Below the pieces are notes generated by a model. That model made no database searches and had not been told where the DNA came from. It saw only the letters and a list, made by a program, of their open reading frames with translations. The translations under genes and the position numbers were made by a program. DNA of 64,000 bases from Camelus dromedarius (taxonomy: Eukaryota): assembly GCF_036321535.1 (NCBI RefSeq), contig NC_087436.1:90336001-90400000 (forward strand), written 5' to 3'. Of this stretch, positions 1 through 11,899 are shown in pieces. How positions within the stretch are numbered: the first letter of the stretch is position 1; each line of letters begins with the position of its first letter.

Positions 1-117
1 ACGAAAAAAGATCTGCTTGCTTATGCACTTAGTTTAGCCTTTCTCAATTGGATTTAGCTAATATCTGTTGAGTACTGCTATGTGTCAGGGATCACGGGAA
101 CACACAAAGCACCACAC

Positions 118-342
118 CATAGCAGTTAAAGCAGACTCTGGAGCGATATTTCCTCGATTGAATCACTGCATTTCCTCTCATAGTGCTATGACCTTGGGAA
201 AATAACCTTTTCATTTCCTCATCTGTAAAATGGATCAAAACATCATCTACTTCATGTGTTAACGAGGACTAAATAAATTAATGCATGTAAAGAACAGTGT
301 GTTCAAAGAATGGACATGTGATATGAGTTAGCTTTTATTATC
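118..342 (+). mobile_element. MIR SINE
   Basis: MIR core 'tgaccttgggaaa...tttcctcatctgtaaaatgg' followed by the typical tail 'aggactaaataaattaatgcatgtaaag'. Confidence 0.85.
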
Positions 343-440
343 ATTCATTCAGAAACAATTTAGTGAATTTTGTCCATGTGCCAGGCACTCCACTAGGTCC
401 TCAACTCAAAAACAAAATGGCTGATCTCTTGTTCACAATC
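343..440 (-). mobile_element. L2 LINE 3' end fragment
   Basis: 'attcattcagaaacaatttagtg...atgtgccaggcact' matches the reverse complement of the L2 3' terminus. Confidence 0.65.
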
Positions 441-689
441 TATTAAACTTTTATTCAACATTTTCCTCATCTTCACTTAAGCCTTCAGATAATATTTTCT
501 GTGAAACTTTAAAATTCTTTTTTATTTCTTTTAGCTTTTAGCCATTACAGACAAAACTGCAAAAAATGTAATGTAATTCCTTTTAGCAGCAGAACCTGAC
601 CTGACCTGAACTGACATGAATCTATTTAGATTCCTTATTTATATCCCTAGTGTAAATATTCATACGTTTTGCTGAATAAAAACTATGAT

Positions 690-835
690 CTTATTGCAGG
701 GGTTGCTGCAGGCTTTCCTGAAGTATGCTGTGACATTTGGTCTATGTTTGCTCTTGCATATCTAAAATAAAAATTTCTTTGAATTCTGAGCATATGTGGT
801 CCTCAGGGCTTTGATAAGGAATTGTGGAGGTGTAT
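690..835. mobile_element. TcMar-Tigger-like DNA transposon terminal fragment (Tigger16-like)
   Basis: 'gaattctgagcatatgtggtcctcagggctttgataaggaattgtggaggtgta' resembles a recalled Tigger terminal region ending at a TA dinucleotide. Confidence 0.45.
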
Positions 836-1045
836 CTGAATTTATTGAGTACTTGTTCTGTGCAGACTGAAAATACAATAAGGCAAATATAATTTCAGTG
901 TAGCAATACAGAGAAAAATGAAATAAAATCAGATGAAATAAAATAGTTGCAGGTTGTAAAAACTGCCAGAGATAGAGAAAAATAGGTGTTGGGTACTTTA
1001 AATAAAGATGTTAGGGAAGACCGCATAGTAAATGAGACATATATA
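836..1045 (-). mobile_element. L2 LINE fragment
   Basis: 'tgaatttattgagtacttgttctgtgcag' and 'gttagggaagaccgcatagtaaatgagacat' are L2 antisense signatures. Confidence 0.55.
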
Positions 1046-1514
1046 TATTATATCAATAGGAAATATTTTCTATGTTCAGAAGTTTTAAACAATAACAAAA
1101 CGGATGTTGAATTTGCTGAATGTAAAATGAAAAAAATGTATGCATTTATGATTAGCTACATGATCACATATCAATTCTGTCTTGCATGGTAAGCATCCTT
1201 TAAAAAGTGGTTCTCATAATGGTCTTCAAAGCTCCTACAGTTGCACAGTCATAAATATTCAGCAGTATATGAAAATGTATAAGCTGAAATTTTAGGGCAA
1301 TTTCTAAGTTCAATAAAACTCATTGAAACCAGCAGTTATTTAAATACAGAGAGAATTTGTATTAGGTGTAGATAAACAGACAAGGTCTATTACACTGATA
1401 GGATAATGCCATTTCAAGACTAAAGTACATTCTTTTTCTTATTTTCGCAGGGTCCATTGCAAGAATTGTTATTCAGATCGTCGCATCTATTTAAACCGAT
1501 TCAAATGCTATCGC

Positions 1515-1720
1515 ATCTGATTAGCGCAGTGGGTTAGAACAAGGTCTTATTAAGCGTAGTCACTTTTTGGCCTCAGGTTAATGTGGAAGCTCACATTGCT
1601 TTTTCCCATTAAAAGAAAAAAAATTACTGCACTACAAGAGGCTGCTAGTAGAATGAGGCAAATCAGATAAAGATCTTAATATAAGTCCATTACATTTTCA
1701 TAAAAAACAACTTAAATATT
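1515..1720 (+). mobile_element. Ancient tRNA-derived SINE (MamSINE1-like)
   Basis: tRNA-like A-box head 'gattagcgcagtgggttagaacaaggt' and tail 'aagtccattacattttcataaaaaacaacttaaa', similar to the recalled MamSINE1 3' end. Confidence 0.5.
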
Positions 1721-2009
1721 TTTCTGTTAGTTGTGCAAAATGATGATGCTTTGCTTTGATGATACTGAATATTTCAAGGAAATATGAGGAAATAAAACTT
1801 TATCTCAGATTAACAGATCATCCAATAATTTCATTTCACACACATGCACACACATGCGTATATACACAGATAGATATAATAACTATGTTAACCTAAATTA
1901 TTTTAGCTCTAGAACTCAATACTCACTATATGAGCTTTAGAGTTTTTGTTTGTTTTCTTTATGGTAATTTATTTATAATGACAGCTGATTAACTTCAATG
2001 TGTAAAAAG

Positions 2010-2270
2010 TAACATATTAACTTGATACTTAGTATGTGCCACCTACTTTTCTAAGTGTTTGAATATATTAAATATTGAAACCTCACAGCATCCCTATGAG
2101 GTAAATTTTCATAGTCCAGTTTTAATTTTTACCCTGTTTATAAATAAGAAACACAAAGAAACTGAAATAAAGAGGTTGAGCAACTTGTTCCAGGTCACAT
2201 CACACATTAAGGTGAAGTTTTGCGTTGAACCCAGGCAATCTGGTTCTGGTTCAAGAGTTTTTAATTATGA
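2010..2270 (-). mobile_element. MIR SINE
   Basis: 'cctcacagcatccctatgaggta...aagaaactgaaataaagaggttgagcaacttgttccaggtcaca...gaacccaggcaatctgg'. Confidence 0.85.
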
Positions 2271-2404
2271 GAATATACAATATACTATGCACAGGAAGTT
2301 TCAGCATCTGATTCTTGTGAAAAGCATAGACATTAAACACTCCTTTGTGTGTAAAACACAAATAAAATTGACCAAACTGGGTCTAACTTACTAGGTTATC
2401 TGAA

Positions 2405-2610
2405 AAGCATAGAAGTTGGAGTCCTGCAGTTATTCTGATGCTCACTAGTTGTACAGCATTGACCAAGAGATGTGGTGTCTACACTTTCATCTGCAATGAA
2501 TTAGGGCTATCACAAAGTCTTCTGTATTCATGGCTTTGTGTTAGAATGATCAAATTACAGCATCAGTTAAGTGCACTGTAAGTTGCAAAGTATTAAACAC
2601 AGATAAGGTA
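2405..2610 (+). mobile_element. MIR-family SINE (diverged)
   Basis: 'ctcactagttgt...actttcatctgcaatg...gtgcactgtaagttgcaaagtatt'. Confidence 0.6.
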
Positions 2611-4519
2611 GAGTTCAATCAATTGGTAATGTCAAGAGTCAGTGTCCCTCATTTACTATAAAGTGCTTTATTAACTCCATAAATGAAATCAGTTTAATTT
2701 TAAATGCATTTGGTGACAATATTCAGGACATTGCAATATGTAATATCATTTTGATTGTATATTATCCTTTATTTCCAATCAAAATCAAACATTGCTTATC
2801 TTTTTTTTATTTTCTTCACCAAGCATTGCATTTAGGTAGTTTAGGGGGAAAAACATCAATTCACATCTCATACAGACAAATAACTCAATATTCTACTTCT
2901 CCTGCTGTAGGAAATTAAGTCAGTGACTAGATACTTTAGAGACAATCAGCAATGCACAATGGGAAATCTGCGTGATCATAGGAAATTAAATAATTACATT
3001 GCTTAATATCCTTGTTTTGACCATCTTACAAAGTTTTACTAACTATAATGAGCCAATAAACTCCACCTCTAAATATTAACCAATAAAAAAAGAAGGTGAT
3101 AGCAAAATACAGCTAAACAGTGTGATTTTAGGAAGCTTCAGAATATCAGTATTTTTATCAGAACTACTTTGTGACTCTTCTATTTTTAAAAATAGGAATT
3201 AAGCAGAGAATATAATTCAAATGGATCCACATGAAAGTTTCTATTCAGTATCAACAAATGGTTTCTGAACTTGGTTAGAAATCCTAAATGATATATAGAT
3301 TTGAATGAAGTAAAGTAATTATATATAATTGCTCTAATGAACCAATATTAGATCATATTCTTTCCTGGTCTGCTGTCTACCACTGTGGAAAAATCAGGCA
3401 AACACAACAGAAAGAGAGGCTTGTTTATGCTGGGTTTGTTTCAGACAATAGATACTGATTTCCTATCAACCTCCTATTGTCAAATGGAAAATATTAGCTT
3501 CCTCTACAGCTTAGCATGAAGACTTCTTTTTCTGTGGTTGTCTAAGAACTCAATTCCAAAATGGACATCTATGAAGACATTCTGTAAGACACATGGTAGA
3601 TCACAAATCTCAGTGTATTTTGGCATAAGGCAATACAGATTGCTGAAAAATAAAGTTCCCAAGCTATGACAGTTGTGTTCAAATGGTTGCTAAATACTGA
3701 GTAGAGACAGGCAGTTCACGGGGATGTAATAAAAAATCATTTTAAAAAAGCAATGTTGGTAGTTTGGTGTAATTGTAATTAAGTCTTCCCTCCTCTAATG
3801 TTTTATTACTCTGGGATCATAGAATTCAGGATAATTTCTACCCTGAACAAAATTTCCAGTTGAGTTAGAAATGCCTCATGAAAGGAACTGATTCTTTTTC
3901 CCAACTCTTAATGTCTCTGTAGAAGAGTTACTGTGAATTGTGGAAACCTTGATTCAAAAACAAATATTTTTGTTATATAATTTATGTTAAAAATAACATT
4001 TAACAACAATAAGTAAGAAATGGAACTAGCCTCTAAGAAAATTTATATATCATGCACTAAAACTTTATACTTCCAAGAATTTCAAAGAAGCAATAATGAA
4101 ATATTTATTAACATATTTCACTATCCCACTCCTTTCTTTTTGTGTTGAGAAAATGATTTAATATTTCTACAAGTACTTGGAAAACAACCAAAGTAATTTA
4201 AAAGTTAAATATTTTATTATTTCTAAATACATAAATCTAAACATATAATATGGAAGTCACAAAATATGAAATAATATATGGCAAGATTAAAATGTCTAAA
4301 ATATTTATAGCTGAATAGAATAAATCTAGTAAGTTAATTGTATATTAGTATATATGATGGTGAAATGGCTAGAGTTGTATGAGTTGTATGAGATACAGTG
4401 TTTTCCAGAGTTCTAAATTTCCCCAGTAGTATATGATGTATTCTAATAATTCATCATTTCCTTTCATTAATCAAGTATATTTCACACTTACCTGTACTGC
4501 AAAGTGTTTTAGGATTCTG

Positions 4520-5520
4520 CCTACTACAATTTTTAATCTTCATTATTTTTAGTTGGATATTTTGTATCCCTTTCTTCATATTTTCTGATAAGTTATTTCA
4601 TCATACTTCCCTTTAATTTGGTAAGTACTATTTTCTTTAATTCTTTGAATTTTTTGTCTTTTATGTCCAAGATCTGGGACCACTACTGTTCCTACTCTGT
4701 TTATTCTGTGCATTAACCACGCTTTTCTGTTTTTTGTATATTTTATAATTTTTATTGAAATCTGGACATTTTAGATATTATCTCTGGTTTGTAAAACCCC
4801 AAGGTTGGTTGCTATTTGTTTATCTATTTGTTTGTTTAGTGACTTTCTTGAATTAATAATTTAGAATCTGTTTCTCTTTCAATGTGTAGATGATGATGAT
4901 GTCTTTCTTCTGTTTTAACTCTTATGTTTATTTTTAAGACTGGCTTCCTAAAAGTCACCACTGGGTCAGCATACTTTACCAGTTAGCCAATTATTTACCA
5001 GAATTTTTTCTTGAGAAAGAGAGGTTTCATTCTTTATTAGCACATCTGGATGTGGTTTAGGGAATGTAGTCAAATTTGAGGTAATTTTCAAGGCTTCTCT
5101 AGCTGTTACTTTCTGTGTTTGTATGGCCTCATGTTTCTCTAGATACAGGTAGCTTATAACAGCCCTCTCAGGTCTTTCCTGAGCATGTATACAGCTTTGA
5201 ACATACAGCCTTTGAATCCACTAGGGCCAAATAGGATTTTATCACAACTTATTTGACCGCCATGATTTTTAGATTTCCATATTTAAGTTATTTTGTGATT
5301 TCCTGTTGTGTTGCTGGCCTGAATTAATATTGAAACTCAGGCTACCTGTACTGTTGACCTTCTCTGATTGCTTGAATTGATATTGCTGTTGTTTATGATA
5401 ACACCCCTGAACATGAATTTTCTGTGCTGTGCTAGAAATAATATCATCTTCGTTTTAGACTTCCTCTGGTAGAACTATCATACCAATGGTACATAAAATT
5501 TCACAAATGAGAAGATACTC
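4520..5520 (-). mobile_element. Ancient L1 (L1MC/MD-type) 5' region
   Basis: T-rich tract with 'tttattgaaatctggacattttaga', 'tttgtttagtgactttcttgaatta' and 'ggcttcctaaaagtcaccactgggtcagcata', typical of antisense old L1 5'UTR/ORF1 start. Confidence 0.55.
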
Positions 5521-5699
5521 CATGGCAAATCAACTCCTTCAAATCAAATTATATGTCTCTGTGACATTAAATTTTTTTCATTATCCCTATGTTGTTTGTT
5601 AATGTTTTATAAGTGTTTCTTGATCATGTAACTTTTAATTTTTTATATTTTAAGTTTAAACTTTGCTTCCAGTACCAATTTAAATTATGCTATCTTACA

Positions 5700-6000
5700 T
5701 CAGGTAATATTATTTTATTTGTAAGGAACTAAAATTAAACTGATTAAGGTAAGTGAAAAAGTAAATTTATTAGAAGAATATTTAAATATCTTAGAAAAAA
5801 CAAGAAAGAAGAATCCTGGGGGACTTCATTAATAGCTATTCTGGCATCTAATGACAACCACCATCAGACTCTATGCATCTCTGAATTTTACAGACCCACA
5901 GGAAAAATTATGTTTGGACAAAATTGGGTCCTGTACCAGTACTTCGAATCAATAAATCATTATCAGAGAATGGGTCTGGTTCATTGAAGGAATGTTTGTA
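5700..6000 (-). mobile_element. Old MaLR/ERVL LTR fragment
   Basis: 'ttgtaaggaactaaaattaaactgattaagg...gtaaatttattagaaga' resembles the antisense 3' end of MLT1-type LTRs. Confidence 0.35.
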
Positions 6001-6589
6001 AACCTGGAAGTGGCTAAACCACAAATTGGCTTTACTTAATTTTTTCTTATTATTTTATTCCTTCAAACTCTAATTTATTATAGCTTTCTCTTTATCACTT
6101 GTTAGATGAAAAATGAGATGTTTCATGAATATGAAGAGGAAATCACAAAACTATTATGTTTCTTAGGACACCATGAAAAGTAGATACAAACTTTTGGTTT
6201 CTAGCAGAAAATACACTCTATTTTTTACTTATTTTACACCATTTGTAAGTACTCTTCATGAAACAGGTACTTAGTTATTGATAGGATCTAGCTGTACTAA
6301 ATCTTCTTTTTATAACTTACATTCTGTTTTTATAATTTACTTTTTTCTGAAATACATAGACATATGTATAGACCAAATATTTATTAAAGAGAGGCAGATT
6401 GTAATAGAGTTAACATATTTTGTAGGAGGAAATTTATCAAATGAAAAAGGAAAATTGAGTAACAATTTCCAGCATATAATTTGACTACATAAATAGATCA
6501 CAGGTTTAGAAATTACATTAACAATACATTTTGGTGAACAAATCAATCATGATTATAATCTTTGTCTTATTATTTCTATGTAAAAAGAG

Positions 6590-6735
6590 TATGCTGAAAT
6601 TATGATTTTTATTAATCCTGTATTACAGACAAGAAATAGAAGCTCAGAAAGACTTAGTTTATTTGCCTAATATCATGGAGATGCTAAAATGAAAACACAG
6701 AATAATCTTCTGAAAAAATAGTCATGTGCTTTTAT
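6590..6735 (-). mobile_element. MIR fragment
   Basis: 'attaatcctgtattacagacaagaaatagaagctcagaaagacttagtttatttgcctaa'. Confidence 0.7.
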
Positions 6736-8199
6736 GCAAAAATATTGTTCTTTTGTTGAATTCTTTGTATTTCCAATTTTCATAGTTGATTTGAAATAAT
6801 TTGGACCTTCTACTCTACTTCACGCCAAGACAGCTAACATATTGTCTGTAATTATAAAGTGAATGTGTGAATTGAAAAAATAATTACTAAAATCAATTAT
6901 GGCCAACAGTAAAAAGAGAATATTAAGACAAAAATACAGTATTTAGTAATTGAAGCTTTTAACCTCAGGTTTCCACTTCTCTTTTCTACATAGAGATAGC
7001 CAGACTCTAAACTACTTTCTTAAAAATGATAATTTGAATTCAAGTAAAAGTAGGTTTTTTCAAGTATAATATTATAGGTAGATTTTTAAATTACTATATG
7101 AGAAACAAACAGAAATATCCATTTTTGAAGTGGGTAGTGTAGGTGTGGAAAGACAGGTATGTTTAAACCTATATCCCTCACCCTTGCCAGAAAGCAAATT
7201 TAAACCATACTGAAATAAATTTTAATTTAATTTAAGGAAACATTTGCCATATTAGTTTGCCACTATAAATAAATAATAAATAGTAAGAAAATATGTTTTA
7301 TATTTTAATATTTGATGGGAGTAATTCAAATGCATAGCACTTCTTGTATTAACATTTTCCAAATGCCCCCATTATTATTAAAAACACCATTAACTACATC
7401 ATGTCATAAAATCCTGTGCTTGAAGTGTACAAGCTTCTTCATTCTTGTGCTAAATGTACTCCTTGCATTTCTGCTTTCCCAATTCCCCTGCCTTCTTACA
7501 GTCTTTTTTGATACTTGTCATTTTTCCTTTTGTGTCTCTACATATATTCTCAGTCTATCGATTCCACTTGAAATGTGCCGCTACAAAATGGGCATGCAAA
7601 ACAAAACAAGAAAAGGCTCTAAAGCTTATATTGTTAAGAATTTTGACAAGGAGAAATTTTTCTGGAACTTTTTTCTTGTATTTTCTACTTCCTTCTAGTT
7701 TCTCAGATACATTTTAGTATTGGAGATTGTTGGCAACTTGACTACTAAGAAAGTGACACTTGTAATTTTTACAGTTCCATTTGTGCTAATCAATTGTATA
7801 GCAACCTCTTAAAAAGATTTTCTTCTGGTTCAAAAATCTCAATTGAGAACACAAGGAAATTTCTCCATAAAGCAAACAAAATTTTACTTATTTAAATATA
7901 TAAATATAGAAAACTGATTAAGAAACCAAAATGGAATTTTCTAGATACTCCAAGAGTAGAAAGCATCTATTAATGAAGAAAGCAATAGTGAAATCACAGA
8001 GGTGAACAAGGGCTACCAGAAGGTCACCCTAGACAAGAAAGGACACCTGGCTGTTTGCTTTAAATGGGGCAATTCAAAAGGACCATTTCAGCTCCAGATT
8101 TTCACATCAATCCAACATAGAGTTCTATGTCTAGTGACTATATTTTTCAAAATAAAAGTAAAAAAGTGAGGATCTACAAACTCCTTCTACTAACTTTCT

Positions 8200-8825
8200 T
8201 ATGGACTCCAGAACTCTGCATATGCAGAAAGGACTCAAAAATCTGCAACTAATGACCAAAGATTTTGAACTGAGATAAAAGCTGCCCCACTTAACATGCT
8301 AGATAATGAGCAAAGGCAGATAGACTCTGGTGAAGAGTACACACTTGCTTGGAGGAGGTGAGACAGGTAGCTATACAAATAAATCCTTGAATCCATGGCT
8401 TTTAGCCTATGGTTAGGTGAAGTTTGAATGGCACGTACCATGACCTGAGTGTAAAGGTGAAAATTTACAGATGTCCTGATTTGGAGAATCAGAAAACTTA
8501 TAGCCAGTACACCATAAACGTTAGAGAGACTAGGGGTATATCCTGGAAGAATAAGAGCTGGAAAAGGAATCTTTCCCTATTTACCCATATTCTAACAGAT
8601 TCCCAAACTATGAATATGTAGAATAGATTCAAAGCAACTTAGCTAAGAGGGAAAAACTGAGGCAGAGTTGCTGCCCCAAAGCAGAGTCTCCAATTCAAAT
8701 CTAGCCATGAAAATTATCTGCTAAAACAAATCAAATAACATTTATTGTTATAAACATACCAGAATTCAGAATCTCCAAAATTTGACATTGTATGTCCAGG
8801 ATACTATCCAAACATACAAAAGAAA
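8200..8825 (+). mobile_element. Ancient L1 (L1ME-type) 5' region
   Basis: 'aaaactgaggcagagttgctgcccc...aaattatctgctaaaacaaa...cagaatctccaaaatttgacattgtatgtccaggatac' resembles an old L1 5'UTR to ORF1 start. Confidence 0.5.
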
Positions 8826-10335
8826 TATGGTAGATGACAGTGAACTAATGTTAAATGAACCAAGCAGTAGCCTCAATACTGGCTGTCATGCCACAGTCAG
8901 TGTTTTGCTAGAGTAGATCTAGCAGTTTCTGGTACTTGATATGCACAGTTCTTTTAAATCCTGATCAGAAAAGAAGATCAAGAGCAGTTCACATTCACCT
9001 GGGAAGAACAGCAACTCACATTCAATATTTGCCGCAGAGTTATGTTAACATTCAGGCTATTACAGTAGTCCCAAGAATCCCTGCTCTTTCTAATATTTCA
9101 TAGCACATTCAGGCTGTCTACTTCACTGAAGACACAACGCTATTTGGACCTTCTTAAGCAGAAAGTAGCAAGTACTCAATGCCCTAGTTAAACGCATGCA
9201 TATGAGATGGTGAGAGAGAAATCTTACACATTTTAAAGGCATTACCCATCAGTGTCCAGTTTAGGGTTAAAATTTAGGGTACGACAAGACATCTTGAAAA
9301 AAAGTAAAGAACAATAGTAAAAATGTAGCACAGCACTCATCGGACATTTCCTGTACTTAGGAAATAATAACATTTGTGAATATTTCTCTGACCCATTGCC
9401 CAAGGACTCAGAAAGTTGCCAGGTTTGAAAAAGAAACAGAGTAAGAGCAGACTCTTCCACAGGCTTTGGTTAAGCTGCCTTGTCACGTGGACTATGTGAA
9501 CTATTAAATCCAGTGGTGATATCCATTGAATTAAAGATACTATATTGTGTTCCTGGGAAGCCCCAAAGGAGTGTTCTGGGTTCTGGAGGGATGCCATGTT
9601 TTCTGTGGCTAAAAATTGCACATCATTTGAAAAGCAGCTCCTGGCATGACATTCACACCTAGGAGAGACTAAATGCCTGACCATGGGAGATAAGTGTCTA
9701 TGTAATTACAATTGTCCATCAGAGTCTTGGTATTGTCAGAACAATCAAGCCTTAAGGTCAGGGGGACTGCAGTAGCAATCTATTGTTCCATGAAAATGAT
9801 ACATGAGGCCTGGCAGATCGAGAGGGCACACTAAATGTCTCACAAAAGGTGACTCAGAGTCCCTTCTCACTTATCTTTGATGCAACATTGCCTCTCTCAC
9901 AGCTCAGGTCTACGGCCTCACACCTAATGTGACAAGAAGATGAAAGAAAGAAAGAAAGAAAAGAAAAAAGAGTGGTCTGGTTCAGAGATGGGTCTGCTCA
10001 ACATTCTGTGCAAGACATTAGATCATATTACAGCCCCCCTTGGTGTGATCCTTTAGGACGGTGATAAGCAAACACTCCCTGGCTTAGAGCAGTACAACTG
10101 GTTTTCTCCTTTGTGTGAAGAAAGGAGGGATCTAGGGTAAAGAATATATAAAATGTTGGATACTGTCAGACGGTTTCACTAGTAGTTAATGACTGGAAGA
10201 AGCAAAACTAAACATATAGAGACAGTGCAACTTGAGAAAATGTGAACAGAAAATTTGTGGGATTCACCTGAAAGTATGCAGATATTTGTCTCATGTATAC
10301 CAGAAAGCATCTGCTACAGAAGAATCACCGAAACT
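8826..10335 (+). mobile_element. ERVL (class III endogenous retrovirus) internal pol fossil: reverse transcriptase and RNase H, heavily disrupted
   Basis: Hand translation gives ERVL pol motifs in the expected order: QFTFTWEEQQLTF (8985), LPQSYVN (9029; cf. LPQGYVN), VYFTED (9116; decayed VHYIDD), FEKQLLA (9626), VWFRDGSA (9975; cf. AWFTDGSA). Many stops and frameshifts. Confidence 0.85.
9942..9968 (+). repeat. (GAAA)n microsatellite inside the ERVL fossil
   Basis: 'gaaagaaagaaagaaagaaaagaaaaa'. Confidence 0.9.
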
Positions 10336-11668
10336 AATTATTTCATAGCTAAAATAAACTATTTCCTAGAAAATTATGTTGCTAAGTAATTCTGATAAAA
10401 ATATAAATATATCAATAAATAATATAATTTGAAACTTTATTTGATGATCTAGTTCATCCATCTCTCTATATACCAGATTTAGGCAGTTTCATGAATAATT
10501 CATTCTAAACCTTTAAAATATTGATTGTTCTAACCCGATACAAACTATGTAATAGGGTTTTGCATATGTAAGATCCTGAAAATAAGTGGGAAATGTTCTC
10601 AGTAAATAACCTTATTTTAAGCCAAACAAACTGTTTTTTAGGGGTCACTAAGATTTTTGTAATAAAGTTAATCAGATTATATCTGAACTTATTACCATGT
10701 AAAGACCAAGATACAGGCTTCTTGGGGGGCAATTTCTGTAGGAAATAATAAGATAAAGGTTGCCAGGACACAACTCTCAGGAGCAAAAATATGGAATATT
10801 TTCACCTTACTTTTTTTCCATTTTTATTTATATATATATTTTTACCTTGGTTACTTCCTGAAATTGGAAAAGATAACTTCTATTTTAAAAGAGGAAAGAT
10901 GGGTGGTAAACAAACAAACAAAATATTTAAAATTATGAACAATATTTTGGAAAAAGGAGTAAGTATAAAACACTCAAACAAGTTTTATTCCAGCCCGTAG
11001 TTAGTCTGTTTCTCAGGAATCAGTAATAGTGGTCTTTATTTCTTTGGTCCCTGAATGAAAGAACCAACATTTAAACCATTGCTTTCAAACTGAAAATTAA
11101 CAGTTGGCAATAACAGGCATTATCAATTTGCTATAGAGTCAAAGGAGATCAGACAAGATAACGGCCCCATAACTTGTTCACTAAATCACAAAATACTTTA
11201 ACAAATTGAAATCTTAATTTCAAGCGGTTTGTAGATTCTACTAGAAATATAGTTATTGTTTTTGCATCCTATTAAGTACAGCTGAGATCCAACCATTCAT
11301 ATAGATAAATTAACTAAAAAAGCCAATTCAGAATATCCAAATAAAATAACAAAATGTTAACAAGTCTTCTACTATGTTAATTGAAGACTTTAAATTATTC
11401 AGATCATGTGAAGGTCTGAATAATTAGTGTTCATTATTAAGTTTCCTTTATTTCTATATAAATATAGTTTTAAATGAGAAAATTATACTAATTTTTTTCT
11501 AAAAATTATTATAAGGAGTTGAAATATATTATAAAGCATAAAATGGTAAAATAGCAACTCATAGAGGTTTCATCTCAATTGAAAAAAATGACTTATTTCA
11601 CTCTATTTGCTCTATATGCCTATTTCTGCCCACCTATCTATCCATCTCCTTACCTACCCTCTTTAACC

Positions 11669-11846
11669 TTTTTTTTTTAATTGAAGTATAGGCGGTCTAT
11701 AATGTTGAGTTAATGTCTGGTGTACAGCATATTGATTCAGTTATATATACATATATATATTATTTCTCATATTATTTTCCACTATAGGCTATTACAAGGT
11801 ATTGAATATAGGTCCCTGTGCTATACAGTAGAACTTTGTTGTTTAT
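11669..11846 (-). mobile_element. Short 5'-truncated cetartiodactyl-type L1 3' end
   Basis: Poly(T) followed by 'aattgaagtatag...tggtgtacagcat...tattgaatataggtccctgtgctatacagtag'. Confidence 0.85.
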
Positions 11847-11899
11847 AAACTAGGCTATATAATTTTTTTAAATGCCTTTAAAAAGGACTGAATTTGGTG

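Noticed and set aside
594..620. (CTGAC)n short repeat as a CRISPR-like or regulatory array
   Set aside because: It is a degenerate pentamer microsatellite without spacers, in a mammalian context.
1519..1560. tRNA gene
   Set aside because: Only an A-box-like head is present, with no B box or cloverleaf; it is better explained as a SINE relic.
9259..9280. 'tttagggttaaaatttaggg' as an interstitial telomeric repeat
   Set aside because: Only two separated units, lying within the ERVL pol fossil.
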